64,000 nt of DNA from an uncultured Candidatus Saccharibacteria bacterium (GTDB lineage: Bacteria > Patescibacteriota > Minisyncoccia > Phycocordibacterales > UBA5272): contig CAZWMQ010000001.1 in assembly GCA_964635125.1 (NCBI GenBank), positions 211,272 to 275,271 of the forward strand, in the 5' to 3' direction. Made by a program: the position numbers and the translations under genes. Below, piece after piece: positions 21,624 through 32,987 of this stretch. The notes below the pieces were generated by a model that was not told the DNA's origin, searched no databases, and saw nothing but the letters and a program-made list of their open reading frames with translations. Each line of letters begins with the position of its first letter. The first letter of the stretch is position 1.

Positions 21624-24332
21624 ATGTCTAAATCTAATTCTAATCAAAAAAATATTAAAATCCCAACCCTATCTTCACAAAATAATTCCAAAGTCAAAGC
21701 TAGCGATAAAATTATCGTTCACGGGGCCAAAACTCACAATCTTAAAAATATAAATGTAGAAATGCCGAGGAATAAGATGATTGTCTTCACTGGATTATCA
21801 GGATCTGGGAAATCCTCTTTAGCATTTGACACAATCTTTGCTGAGGGCCAGAGAAGATATGTAGAATCCTTATCAGCTTATGCGAGACAATTCTTAAATC
21901 AGATGGCGAAGCCAGAAGTTGATGAGATTATTGGACTTTCCCCAGCTATTTCTATTGATCAGAAATCAGCCGGGAGAAACCCTCGCTCAACAGTGGCTAC
22001 GATTACTGAAATATATGATTATTTAAGAGTATTATATGCGAGAGTAGGTAAGCCATATTGTATAAATTGTGGACATAAGATTGAGAAATTATCCAATGAA
22101 GAAATAATTAATTTTATTTTAGAGAAAATTAAAAAGATTGACTATCGGAAATTTGAAAAAGAAATTAAAAGTATTAAGGGAGTGAAATTTTCAAATTTCG
22201 GAGTTCGAATATTAGCTCCAATGATTAGAGGGCGAAAGGGGGAATATTATCAATTATTATATGATATGTTAGGAAAAGGATTTAAAGAGGTGGTGATCGA
22301 CGGGAAAACATATAATCTACGAGATAGAATCGAGTTAGATAAGAATAAAAAACATGAAATATCATTTTTGGTGGATTTTATTTTATTAGACGAATTGAAA
22401 TTAGTAGAATCTAAAAAAGATGCTTTAATTAGATTATCAGAATCAATCGAGAAAGCTCTATTTGAAGCAGATGGATTGGTAGAGATAGAAATGGTTAATC
22501 AAGATGGTGGAGTAGAAAAGTTTATTATGAGTAATAAGTTTGCTTGCTCTAATTGTGGATTTTCTTTTCCAGAGATTGAGCCGAGATTATTTTCTTTCAA
22601 TTCTCCATATGGAGCCTGTCCAACTTGTAATGGATTAGGAACTAAGGAATTCGGAGGATTAGACGAGTGTCCAGAGTGTCATGGTAAAAGATTAAGAAAA
22701 GAAGCTTTAAATGTATTCTTAGGAGATAAAAAGGAAGACAGAGTGAATATTGTAGATTTTACCGATTTAACTATTGAAGAAGCTAAGAGATTTATGGATA
22801 GACTTTATGAAATATTTACGAAGAAAGAATTAGAGATAACTAAAGTAGTCTTAAAAGAAATTGGCTCTCGAATTGATTTTATGTTAAATGTTGGCTTAAA
22901 TTATTTAACTTTAAATCGTAAAGCTGACACTTTGTCTGGTGGAGAAGCTCAGAGAATACGATTAGCTAGTCAATTAGGATCTCAATTGGTCGGAGCTTTA
23001 TATGTTTTAGATGAGCCAACTATTGGATTACATCAGAGAGATAATGATAAATTAATTCAAACTTTAACTCATTTAAGAGATATTGGAAACACTATTATTG
23101 TAGTTGAACATGATGAAGATACTATCTATGCCAGTGATTACATGGTCGATATTGGTCCAAAGGCCGGAGTGCACGGTGGAGAGATAATTGTTTCTGGGTA
23201 TTTAGATGAATTATTAATCGCTAAAACTAATTCATCAAAGTCAACAACTTTAGCTTATCTGCGAGGTGAGAAAGAGATTGAGATTCCTAAGAAAAGGCGA
23301 GATGGTAATGGGGCAAAGATTGTAATTAAGAATGCTAACTTTCATAATCTTAAAAATTTTAATGCGACTATACCATTAGGGAAAATGAATGTGATTACTG
23401 GAGTTTCAGGATCTGGGAAAAGTAGCTTTATGTATGGAGTATTATATAAGAATTTACTTGGAAGATTAGAGAGAAAATATCGCACTGCTAAAGTTTATAA
23501 TTGTGAAAGTGTTACTGGGACTGAATATATTTCAAGAGTGGTCTTAATTGATCAATCTCCAATTGGTAGAACTCCAAGATCTAATCCAGCTACCTATACC
23601 GGAAGCTGGACATTTATTCGAGAATTATTTGCGAATACTGAAGAGGCTAAGATTAGAGCCTGATCTCCAAGTAGATTTTCTTTTAATCGAAAAGGTGGAC
23701 GATGTGAAGTTTGTGAAGGAAATGGAACGATTGCGGTTGAGATGCATTTCTTACCAACCGTTCATGTAACTTGTGATGTTTGTAATGGTAAAAGATTTAC
23801 CAAAGAAACTTTAGAAGTTAAATATAAAGGTAAAAATATTTATGATATTTTAAAAATGACTGTGGAAGATGCTTTGAAATTTTTTGAAGATATTCCAGCA
23901 ATATATGATAGAGTAAAGACTTTATATGAAGTTGGACTTGGTTATTTAGAGCTAGGACAAAGTGCAACAACTTTATCCGGAGGAGAAGCACAAAGAGTGA
24001 AAATATCTAGTGAACTTTACCGTCGACATACTGAGAAGACTATTTATTTATTAGATGAGCCATCAATTGGGCTACATTATGAAGATGTAAAGAAATTATT
24101 AGAGATCTTAAATAAATTAGTTGAGAAAGGTCATACGGTAGTCTTAATTGAGCATAATTTAGATATTATTAAGAACGCTGACAACATTATTGATATCGGT
24201 CCAGAAGGTGGAATTCATGGAGGTAAATTAATGGCCACCGGGACACCTGAGTATGTAGCTAATATAAAAGAATCTTTCACCGGACAGTATTTAAAGAAAG
24301 TTTTAGCTAGAAGTAAACAAAGTAAGAAATAA
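21624..24332 (+). CDS. uvrA: excinuclease ABC subunit A
   Basis: Two ABC ATPase modules ([23 protein letters not shown] twice) and zinc-finger Cys clusters. One in-frame TGA at 23661-23663 joins ORFs 21624-23663 and 23742-24332. Confidence 0.9.
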
Positions 24333-24371
24333 TTATTTTTGATGGTATAATATTTATATAAATAAATATAT

Positions 24372-24869
24372 ATGAAAAATAAAAAAAGATTAATTATTTT
24401 AGTAGTATTATTAATAATTTTAATAGGGTTATTTCTAATAGGTAAAAATAAAAACAAAAGCAATAATATTAATAGTCCAAGTCAAAATACAAGTAATACT
24501 CAAGTAGATAATTTTGATAAAGAATTAGTGACTGGAATGGGAAATGAGCCAGGGTGGTTAATTAAAATAAATGGGCATATTCCTTACCAAGAAGAAGTTA
24601 TATCTAATATGACTTTGGATTACGGAGATTCTCTTTGGTCCGGAGCTTTGAGTTTGGTAAAGCAAGATAGCTATAAAAGTGGTTTTCAATATAAAGGAAG
24701 TGTTCATGAGATTGTTGAGAGTAAGGTATCTTCTACTACTAAAAATATAATAGTATCTCTTAAAAAAGAAACTTGTCATGATGATGCAGATAAAGTTCAT
24801 AATTATAAGATAGAGCTAAATTTTAACGGAGTAAAGACTTATAAGGGTTGTGCAGATGTATTAGAGTAA
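24372..24869 (+). CDS. hypothetical secreted / membrane-anchored protein
   Basis: N-terminal signal-anchor, 165 aa. Confidence 0.45.
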   Translation: MKNKKRLIILVVLLIILIGLFLIGKNKNKSNNINSPSQNTSNTQVDNFDKELVTGMGNEPGWLIKINGHIPYQEEVISNMTLDYGDSLWSGALSLVKQDSYKSGFQYKGSVHEIVESKVSSTTKNIIVSLKKETCHDDADKVHNYKIELNFNGVKTYKGCADVLE

Positions 24870-24892
24870 TCAGTATAAAATAATATAAAACA

Positions 24893-24928
24893 AAAACACT
24901 TTCAAAGATAAAAGTGTTTTTTGTTTTT
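24893..24928 (+). terminator. Rho-independent terminator
   Basis: AAAACACTTT-caaagata-AAAGTGTTTT followed by TTGTTTTT. Confidence 0.65.
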
Positions 24929-25007
24929 ATGGGGATTTATGATATAATTTTTTTGTTATTTTTATAGTTTTATATATAAAATATAAAATAGATTTAAAAA
25001 CAAATAT

Positions 25008-25072
25008 GCGTCGGTGGAATTAGCGTCAATTTACAGATGTAAATGGTCGCGCTATCTTTTATCAGGGCGACA
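25008..25072 (+). pseudogene. decayed partial copy of tRNA-Tyr (5' half)
   Basis: 16 nt (aaatatGCGTCGGTGG) are identical to the 5' flank plus the first 10 nt of the tRNA-Tyr 96 bp downstream. Further similarity (GTCAATTTACAGATGTAAAT...GTCGC) follows. It cannot form a cloverleaf. Confidence 0.4.
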
Positions 25073-25106
25073 ATAAACAATCCTGATAATTTTGAAAATT
25101 AAATAT

Positions 25107-25190
25107 GCGTCGGTGGTAGAGTGGTCAATTACAACAGACTGTAAATCTGTCGCCCTTCGGGCTCCGTTGGTTCAAATCCAACCCGGCGCA
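25107..25190 (+). tRNA. tRNA-Tyr (anticodon GTA)
   Basis: Cloverleaf: acceptor GCGTCGG/CCGGCGC; anticodon stem ACAGA/TCTGT with loop CTGTAAA; long variable arm GCCCttcgGGGC; T-arm TTGGTTCAAATCCAAC. CCA is not encoded. Confidence 0.8.
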
Positions 25191-25211
25191 CACATAGTTA
25201 AATAAGAAATC

Positions 25212-25601
25212 ATGTCATCAATATTCACTAAAATTATAAATCGAGAGATTCCAGCGGATATTTTCTATGAGGATGATAAATATATTGCGATCTTAGATAT
25301 TAATCCAATTCGAGATGGGCATATTTTGGTAATTCCTAAAAAAGAAACAGATTATATTTTAGATCTGTCTGAAGAAGAATATTTTGATCTAATGAAAATG
25401 TCTCGTAAAGTCACCGAGAAATTAACTAACAAATTAGAAGCAAAGACTGATCTAAAAAGAATTGCCATGGTAGTAGAAGGATTACAAGTTCCTCATGTCC
25501 ATGTTCATTTAATACCTTTATATAGTGACGACACAGGTCTCGCGATTGGGAAAAAGAATAAACTTACCATGGAAGAAGTTAAGCAGATTTTGTTTAATTA
25601 A
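25212..25601 (+). CDS. HIT-family (histidine triad) hydrolase
   Basis: HILVIPK and the histidine triad VPHVHVHLIP. Confidence 0.8.
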   Translation: MSSIFTKIINREIPADIFYEDDKYIAILDINPIRDGHILVIPKKETDYILDLSEEEYFDLMKMSRKVTEKLTNKLEAKTDLKRIAMVVEGLQVPHVHVHLIPLYSDDTGLAIGKKNKLTMEEVKQILFN

Positions 25602-25623
25602 TATTTTTATTTATAATGAGTCT

Positions 25624-26565
25624 ATGGAGAATATTATTATTTTATTTTATAAATATACTAAGATTGATAGTCCGGAGACTTTAAAAGAAATAGAAAAATC
25701 TGTTGGAGAAGTTTTAAATTTAAAAGGAAGAATCTTAATTGCTACGGAGGGGATTAATGGAACTTTGGAAGGGACTACTGAAAATATTGAAAAATATATA
25801 CAACATTTAAAGTCAATTAAAAAGTTTAAAGATATAAATATTAAAAAAAGTATTGGAACAATTGATCAGTCAGCATTTCCAAAACTATCTGTGAAAGTTA
25901 AAAAGGAAATTGTCTCGATTGGATTAGAAAAGACTATTAATCCGAATCGTCAAACTGGAAAATATTTAGAAGCTTCACAACTTAGAAAGTGATATCAGGA
26001 AAATAAGGATTTTGTAATTGTTGATATGAGAAATGATTATGAGTTAGCCTCAGGGTATTTTAATAAGACTATCAATCAAGAAATTGGATTTGATTTGAAA
26101 AATAGTCGTGATTTACCGAGTATGGTCTCAAAATCTAAATTAAATATTTATAAAGATAAAGATATCGTTACGGTTTGTACCGGAGGAGTGAGATGTGAGA
26201 AAATGTCAGCTTATCTTTTATCGCAAGGTTATAAAAATGTTTATCAGTTACATAATGGAATGCATACTTATATGGAGAAATATCCAGGGGAGGATTTCAA
26301 AGGGACACTATTCACTTTTGATAATCGATTAGTGATGGATTTTGGTGGTGAAAAAAGAGAAATAGTCGGAGAATGTCTTTATTGTAAAGATAAATGTGAG
26401 AATTATTTAAATTGTAGTAATAATGAGAGAATTAACATTGGTGATAAGTCTAAGAAATTATGTAATAAGAAAATTATTGTTTGTGAGAATTGTATAGATA
26501 AATTAAAGCAGAGTCAAGAAAATATTCTATGTGAAGATTGTCAAAGATATGAGAAAAGTATTTAA
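25624..26565 (+). CDS. trhO: rhodanese-domain tRNA U34 hydroxylase (TrhO/YceA family) with a Cys-rich C-terminal extension
   Basis: ILIATEGINGT, and the rhodanese active-site loop VCTGGVRCEK. One TGA-Trp (RKWYQENKDF). Confidence 0.65.
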
Positions 26566-27484
26566 AGTAATAGTTTATCTATTTGCAATCTGAGGATTTA
26601 TTTTAACCGGAGTATTTTTGGCGATGAAGTTTGGCTGGACTAAGTCTGATAGTTTAATTGATAAGCAATCTGAATATTTTAAGAAATTGCTAGACGAAGC
26701 TAATCTCGGGAATAAAGATAAGAGAATTGAGATTGCTAATCAGCATTTTTTAAATATTGAAAATATGCCTGAATGGTCAGTGATTAAAGAAGGTATTTTA
26801 AAAGATAAAGATATGATTGAGACAATTTCAGAAATGACTGGAGTTAGTCCTCGTTTAATTATTACTCCATTAATTGCTGAGCAATTAAGATTAATGACAT
26901 CACAGCGAGAAATATTTAAGAAATACTTTCAACCACTGGCCGTCTTAGGATCACAAACTCAATACAGTCTTGGCATATATGGAATTAAAGAAGCAACCGC
27001 TAAAGAGATTGAGAGAAATCTTAAAGATACGAATAGTCCATATTATCTTGGTATCAAATATGCTAGTCTTTTGGATTATGAAAATTCGACCAACACTTTA
27101 CTAGTTGATGCTTGAACATTGGAAGCAGTGAAAAATAATTCTACCACTTCTTCAACTACCGAAGACACTATCTTATTAACTGGGAGTGATGCCGATCGTA
27201 TTAGTCGTTTAACCAGTAGTCAAAATCATTTCTACTCTTATCTTTATGCTGCATTATATATTAAGGAATTGGAAGTCTCTTGGGAGAAAGTCGGGTTTCC
27301 AATTAAGGATAGGCCAGAGATAATTGCTACTTTATTTAACATTGGTTTTAATAATTCTCATCCTAATTCTAATCCACAAGTTGGTGGTGCTGAAATAGAT
27401 TTAAATAATGAGAAATACACTTTCGGATCAATTGCTTATTATTTCTATTATTCTGATGAGTTAAGCGATGTATTTTTAAGATAG
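26549..27484 (+). CDS. membrane-anchored protein, possible lytic transglycosylase-like domain
   Basis: N-terminal TM helix. A weak SLT-like pattern (IAEQLRL...GSQTQYSLGIYGIKEATAKE). Two TGA-Trp codons. Its start overlaps the trhO 3' end by 17 nt. Confidence 0.4.
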
Positions 27485-27521
27485 GATTTGAGTTATAATA
27501 TAAATATGAAAAATGCAATTA

Positions 27522-28310
27522 TTATTTTATCTTTAATAATTTATTAAATATATTTTCAAAATAATCAGTACCCATTGCTCCAGAAACTTTCTGAACAATT
27601 AATCTATTATCTTTATCTTTATAAACTATTACTGAGTATGGTGTCCCATCTAAGCCAGCCTCAGTTGCATCGTTTTGATCAGCTTCAAATTCTGTATTAT
27701 AAGTATAACTATTGTAGCAATTTTGAAATTCTTCTTTATTAAAATCTTTCAATACAGACTGATTCTTACTTTTAGTTAAATTATAAGCATATTCCACAAT
27801 ATCTGGTAAAATAGAATCATCTAAACCATTATTAGCTGGAGTAACATCATAAATTCTATCAATTGAATTAAGATAAACATTCTGTCCATAGAGTTCTCTT
27901 GAACAAAGTAAAGCATTAATCTCGAGAGGTGCTTTAGTGTGGAAACTTAATCCATAGTGACGATAAACTATGGCAATTTTCGACTTGGTGTAATCATTTG
28001 GATCTAAGCCATAATCTTTACGAATCTGCTCAACGGTATTTTGATGTAGCATTTTACAAAATGGACATTCCGGATCAGAGTAAATTATCCAGACTATTTT
28101 ATTATCAGGATTACCTAATATATATTCATCTTTTTGAAAAGCTAATCCATTGAAATATTTATCTTGATTCATAATTTGATTTAGAGCGTCTTCTTTAACA
28201 CTTTTTTTATTAATTAAAGAATAAGCTACAACTGACAAGGCTAAGATTATACTTGAGATGATAATAGCGATAGCAATTGGATTTTTAATTAAGTTTTTAA
28301 ATATTTTCAT
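27522..28310 (-). CDS. DsbA/BdbD-like thiol-disulfide oxidoreductase (membrane-anchored)
   Basis: N-terminal TM helix, thioredoxin CPFC active site, and the cis-Pro motif GTPYSVIV. Confidence 0.75.
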   Translation of the reverse strand: MKIFKNLIKNPIAIAIIISSIILALSVVAYSLINKKSVKEDALNQIMNQDKYFNGLAFQKDEYILGNPDNKIVWIIYSDPECPFCKMLHQNTVEQIRKDYGLDPNDYTKSKIAIVYRHYGLSFHTKAPLEINALLCSRELYGQNVYLNSIDRIYDVTPANNGLDDSILPDIVEYAYNLTKSKNQSVLKDFNKEEFQNCYNSYTYNTEFEADQNDATEAGLDGTPYSVIVYKDKDNRLIVQKVSGAMGTDYFENIFNKLLKIK

Positions 28311-28351
28311 AGATTATTTCTAGTCATTATAGCATATGATATACTTTTAAT

Positions 28352-28675
28352 ATGATTAAACTAATACTTACTTTTATCGCAGTATTTTTAACTACGAAGA
28401 TTGTGGGAGTTGGTTATATTGGTTGGAAGGTTTTAATAATATTTACTTTAATCTTAACTTTACTTAATTTTACGATTAAGCCAGTTTTAAGATTTATAAC
28501 TTGGCCGATTAATTTAATTACTCTTGGCTTAACTTATTTTATTATTAATGTTGGAGTTTTATTGTTAGCTAGTCATTTTACTAAAGGGTTTGTTTTTATC
28601 TCTATTAAACAGGTTATTATTTTTAGTATAGTTTTATCTCTAATTCAATGGTTATTTAATAAATTTGATTTTTAA
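28352..28675 (+). CDS. 4-TM membrane protein, phage-holin-4 / YvlD (DUF360) family
   Basis: 107 aa. ITWPINLITLGLTYFIINVGVLLLASHF matches the family core. Confidence 0.55.
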   Translation: MIKLILTFIAVFLTTKIVGVGYIGWKVLIIFTLILTLLNFTIKPVLRFITWPINLITLGLTYFIINVGVLLLASHFTKGFVFISIKQVIIFSIVLSLIQWLFNKFDF

Positions 28676-28749
28676 TTGAGATTTGTTATATTTAATTTTG
28701 AAAATTTCTTTTTATGAAAAATCCAAATTAAAAGGAGGTATTCAACACC

Positions 28750-28784
28750 AAAACCATCTGAAGTCTCAGATGGTTTTTTATTTT
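28750..28784 (+). terminator. Rho-independent terminator
   Basis: AAAACCATCTGA-agtc-TCAGATGGTTTT followed by TTTATTTT. Confidence 0.65.
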
Positions 28785-28816
28785 GATATAATAGAGAAAT
28801 ATTATATATTTAAGAT

Positions 28817-31735
28817 ATGACTAAGATAAATTATCAAGCTATAGAAAGCAAATGGCGAAAATATTGGGAAAGTATTAATCTAAATCAGACTAAGACCAGT
28901 TTCAAAAATGGTGAAAAGAAATTTTATATTCTAGATATGTTTCCATATCCATCTGGAGAAGGATTACATGTTGGACATCCTAAGGGTTATATTGCCACTG
29001 ACATATATTCTCGATATATGAAGATGAATAATTATAATGTTTTACATCCGATGGGATTTGATGCCTTTGGATTACCGGCTGAACAATATGCCATTAAACA
29101 TAAATTAAACCCTAAAATAGCTACCGAAAAGAATATTCAAAGATATAAAGAACAATTAGATATGCTCGGGCTAGATTATGATTGGGAGCGAGAGGTTAAT
29201 ACTACTGATCCTAATTTCTATAAATGAACACAATGAATGTTTAAGCAAATGTATAAAGTTGGCCTTACCTATCAATCTAATGAACCAATTAATTGATGTC
29301 CAAGTTGTCAGACCGGGTTAGCTAATGAAGATCTAGATGGTAATGTCTGTGAGCGATGTGGAAGTATAGTTGAGAAAAGACCACTTCGTCAATGGGTAAT
29401 TAGGATTATCGATTACGCCGATCGTTTATTAGATGATCTTGATAAATTAAATTGAGAACCACATATTAAAGAATTACAGAGAAATTGAATTGGCAAAAGT
29501 ATTGGGAGTGAGATAGAGTTTCAGATTGTGAGAGCTAATATATTTGGTTTTGATATAAGAACTAATTATGACACTGATGAAGAGTTATTTAAGACTGGTA
29601 GGAAAAGATCAGTAGCTATTATTAGAATTAAAGATACAGATAAATTTTTAGGATTTATTAAAAGAGACGATAGAGATATTCATTTAGCTGGTGGTGGAAT
29701 TGAGAAAGGAGAAAATTCTAGAGAAGCCGCTGAAAGAGAGGCTTTTGAAGAAATGGGAATTAAAAATCTCAATCATTTAGGAAGCCTCGGCTCATTTCGT
29801 GGTTTCGAGTATTACGAATTATTTGAGGTGGAAGAAAATTATAAAAAAAATTTATCAGGTTCATCAGAATTGGAAAGAGATGAAAATTCTTTTATTGAGT
29901 TTACAAAAGAAGATATATTAAAAAATAATTGGCAACAAGTTTCTTATGTTTTTAATAATTTAGACTCTTTGTTTAATAATAGTGTTTTAGAAAATAAATT
30001 AAAAATCTTCACAACTAGAGCCGATACTTTGTACGGGGCGACTTTTATGGCTATATCATATTCCTTAGCTAAACAATGGATTAAAGAAGGTTGAGTTCCT
30101 AGCGAGGAGATTAGAAAGTTTATTGAAAAATTAGAGAATGATGAGAAAGGTAGATCAGTAGAGTTTGATATGAATAAATTAGAAAAAGAAGGAATTGATA
30201 CGGGAATTAAGGCCATTAATCCAGTAAATAATGAAGAGATTCCAATTTATATTGCTAATTATATATTAAGTGATTATGGAACTGGAGCAATTATGGCTGT
30301 GCCAGCTCATGATGAGCGAGATTATGAATTTGCAAAGAAATATGGTTTAGAAATTAAAAAAATCATTCTTGGTGAGCATGATGAAGAGAATCAATTATTT
30401 ACTGGGCATGGAATATTAATTAATTCAGGAGAATTTGATGGAATGAATAGTGAAGAAGTTAAAATAAAAATTACCGAGAAAGTTCACGGAAAGATTGTCT
30501 CTCAATATAAATTAAAAGATTGAGTATTTGCTCGTCAACGATATTGGGGAGAACCATTTCCAATTGTTTTTGATGAAAATAATCAGAGTTTCGCGGTGGC
30601 TGATACTGAATTACCAATTAAATTACCAGAGATAGAAAATTATGAACCCTCTGGAGATGGACAATCGCCATTAGCTAAGATTAAAGATTGAGTAGAAGTG
30701 TATGGGTTTATAAATAGCGAAGGAGAGTTTGAGAGTTTAGAGAAAGATAATCCTAAAGCTAAAAAGTTTTACCGCGAAACCAACACTATGCCACAATGAG
30801 CTGGATCTAGTTGATATTATTTAAGATATATTGATCCAAATAATCAAGAGAGATTTGTAGGTAAAGAATTAGAAAAGGTTTGAGATCCGGTGGATTTCTA
30901 TGTGGGTGGAGCTGAGCATGCTACAAGGCATTTAATCTATGCCAGATTCTGGCATAAGTTCTTATTTGATCAAGGATTGGTCGAATATGATGAGCCGTTT
31001 TTAAAATTACAAACGGTAGGCTTAATAATGGCCGAAGATGGACGAAAGATGAGTAAGAGATATGGCAATGTAGTTAATCCAGATGAGGTGGTTAAAGAAT
31101 ATGGAGCTGATACTATGCGAGCTTATGAGATGTTCATGGGGCCATTTGAGAAATCTACTGCTTGAAGCACGAAAAATATCTTAGGAGTATATAGATTCTT
31201 AGAGAGAGTTTATGATTTATCTTTAAAGTTAAAAAATAATTATGGAAGCGATAATAGAGAAGTTGAAAGAGTAATTAACGAAAGTGTTGAGAAAGTTGGT
31301 AATGATATATTAGAGTTCAAGTTTAATACAGCTATCTCACAGTTGATGATCTGTTTAAATACTCTAGAAGATAATTTGAAAAAAGGAGAGAGTTTTTCTA
31401 AAGAAAGTTTAGGGAAGTTTATAAAGATACTTTCACCATTTGCGATATTTATTACCGAAGAGATTTGGCAAGAAGTATTAGGAAATCAAACTTCAATTCA
31501 TCAAGAATCTTGGCCAAAATTTGATAAAAATAAAACCATAGTAGAGGAGATAGAATTATCAATTCAAATTAATGGAAAGTTTAGAGGAACAATTAAAGTT
31601 AAAGTTAATTTAGATAAAGAGGAAGCAATGAAAGAAATTAAATCAACAGAAATCTTTAAGAAATATGTGGAAGATGAGAATAAGATTAAAAATATTATCC
31701 TAGTGAAAAATCGTTTAATTAATATCATTATTTAA
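28817..31735 (+). CDS. leuS: leucyl-tRNA synthetase carrying an internal Nudix-box insertion
   Basis: HIGH motif (HVGHPKGY) and KMSKR(Y). 12 in-frame TGA codons, all at conserved Trp positions ([43 protein letters not shown]...). The reading frame is continuous across track ORFs 28817, 29528, 30170, 30890 and 31343. Confidence 0.9.
29534..30001 (+). other. ~150-aa Nudix-hydrolase-like domain inserted within LeuRS, just before the CP1 editing domain
   Basis: It lies between [16 protein letters not shown] and [15 protein letters not shown] (the CP1 start). It carries a perfect Nudix box GX5EX7REUXEEXGU = [23 protein letters not shown], preceded by an IHLAGGG loop. Confidence 0.7.
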
Positions 31736-31852
31736 AATAGAGAAGTTAGAATTAGAATAGTTTTGACTATTTTGTCAAAGTATAGTAGTATATAGGTATA
31801 AAAGAAATATAAGTAAGTATTATTAAAAACAATAAAATAATTTTTTAAAAAT

Positions 31853-32893
31853 ATGACTGATAATCCAATCATAACCTTTAAGCCAAAACAAGTTTCAAAG
31901 AAGCTTCTTTCAACTTTAAATCCTAGGATGCGAGACATTATTACTAATCGTTATGGACTTGAAAGTGAGAAAAGAATGACTTTAGAATCAATTGGTCAAT
32001 CTTATAATATAACCAGAGAGAGAGTGCGACAAATTGAAAACTTTGCCCTATCTTCTATTAAAAAGACCGAAGAGTATAAAGATAATAGTTTTATTTTTGA
32101 GGAGTTAAAAGAAATTATTAAAAGTCTAGGTTCAGTAGTTAGAGAGGATGTTTTAATGAATCATATTTCTAAAGATAAAATAACTCAAAATCATATTAAC
32201 TTATATTTGATATTAGGAGGAAATTTCACTAAGATAAAAGAGAATGATGATTTTCATGCTCGTTGGAGTGTCGATGATGTAGTTTCTGTTTGTGTAGAAA
32301 ATGGCATATCTAAACTTTGTTATTCAATTAGAGAGGATGAATTATTAAAAGAGGGTGATGTTATTGAGAGATTCGTTACTAATTTAGATGATTTGGTAGA
32401 TGAATATAAAAATAATAAAGAAATAATTCAAAGATATTTAAAAACTTCTAAAGTAATTGATAAAAATGATCTTGGAGAATGGGGGCGGACAACTTCTCCA
32501 CATATCAATGCTCGAGGAATTAAGGATTATGCTTATCTTATTGTCAGAAAGAATGGCAAACCTATGCACTTTAAAGATGTGGCTAATGAAATTAGTAAAA
32601 TCTTTAAGAAAAGAGCTAATGTGGCGACATGTCATAATGAATTAATTAAAGATGATAGATTTGTTTTAGTTGGGAGAGGGATGTATGGATTGAAAGAATG
32701 GGGGCATGCGACTGGAGTAGTTCGAGATGTTATTACTCAGATTCTAAAAGAAGCAAAGCAATCAATGTCAAAAGAGGAAGTTATTAAAAAAGTTTTAGAA
32801 AAAAGAATTGTTAAACCAAATACTATTCTTATAAATCTTCAGAATAGTAAATATTTTTCTAAAGATAAAAATGGTAAATATACAATTAAATAA
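31853..32893 (+). CDS. sigma-70 region-4-like HTH domain protein
   Basis: N-terminal LESIGQSYNITRERVRQIENFAL, like sigma region 4.2, followed by about 250 aa of unknown function. Confidence 0.5.
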   Translation: MTDNPIITFKPKQVSKKLLSTLNPRMRDIITNRYGLESEKRMTLESIGQSYNITRERVRQIENFALSSIKKTEEYKDNSFIFEELKEIIKSLGSVVREDVLMNHISKDKITQNHINLYLILGGNFTKIKENDDFHARWSVDDVVSVCVENGISKLCYSIREDELLKEGDVIERFVTNLDDLVDEYKNNKEIIQRYLKTSKVIDKNDLGEWGRTTSPHINARGIKDYAYLIVRKNGKPMHFKDVANEISKIFKKRANVATCHNELIKDDRFVLVGRGMYGLKEWGHATGVVRDVITQILKEAKQSMSKEEVIKKVLEKRIVKPNTILINLQNSKYFSKDKNGKYTIK

Positions 32894-32987
32894 AGCTTAA
32901 ATTTTGTTAAATAAAAACCATTTTAAAAATTTAAATTAAGTGGTTTTGTTTTTATACAAGTGTATTTATATATGTTATAATTTTAAT

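Noticed and set aside
28352-28675. Phage holin, hence a possible prophage lysis cassette
   Set aside because: It belongs to the chromosomal YvlD/DUF360 '4-TM holin-like' family. No endolysin, terminase, capsid or integrase genes are nearby, and the neighbours are housekeeping genes.
28681-28816. T-box riboswitch leader upstream of leuS
   Set aside because: No T-box consensus (AATTAGGGTGGTACCGCG-like) or specifier-loop architecture. The only strong hairpin is a canonical terminator for the upstream gene.
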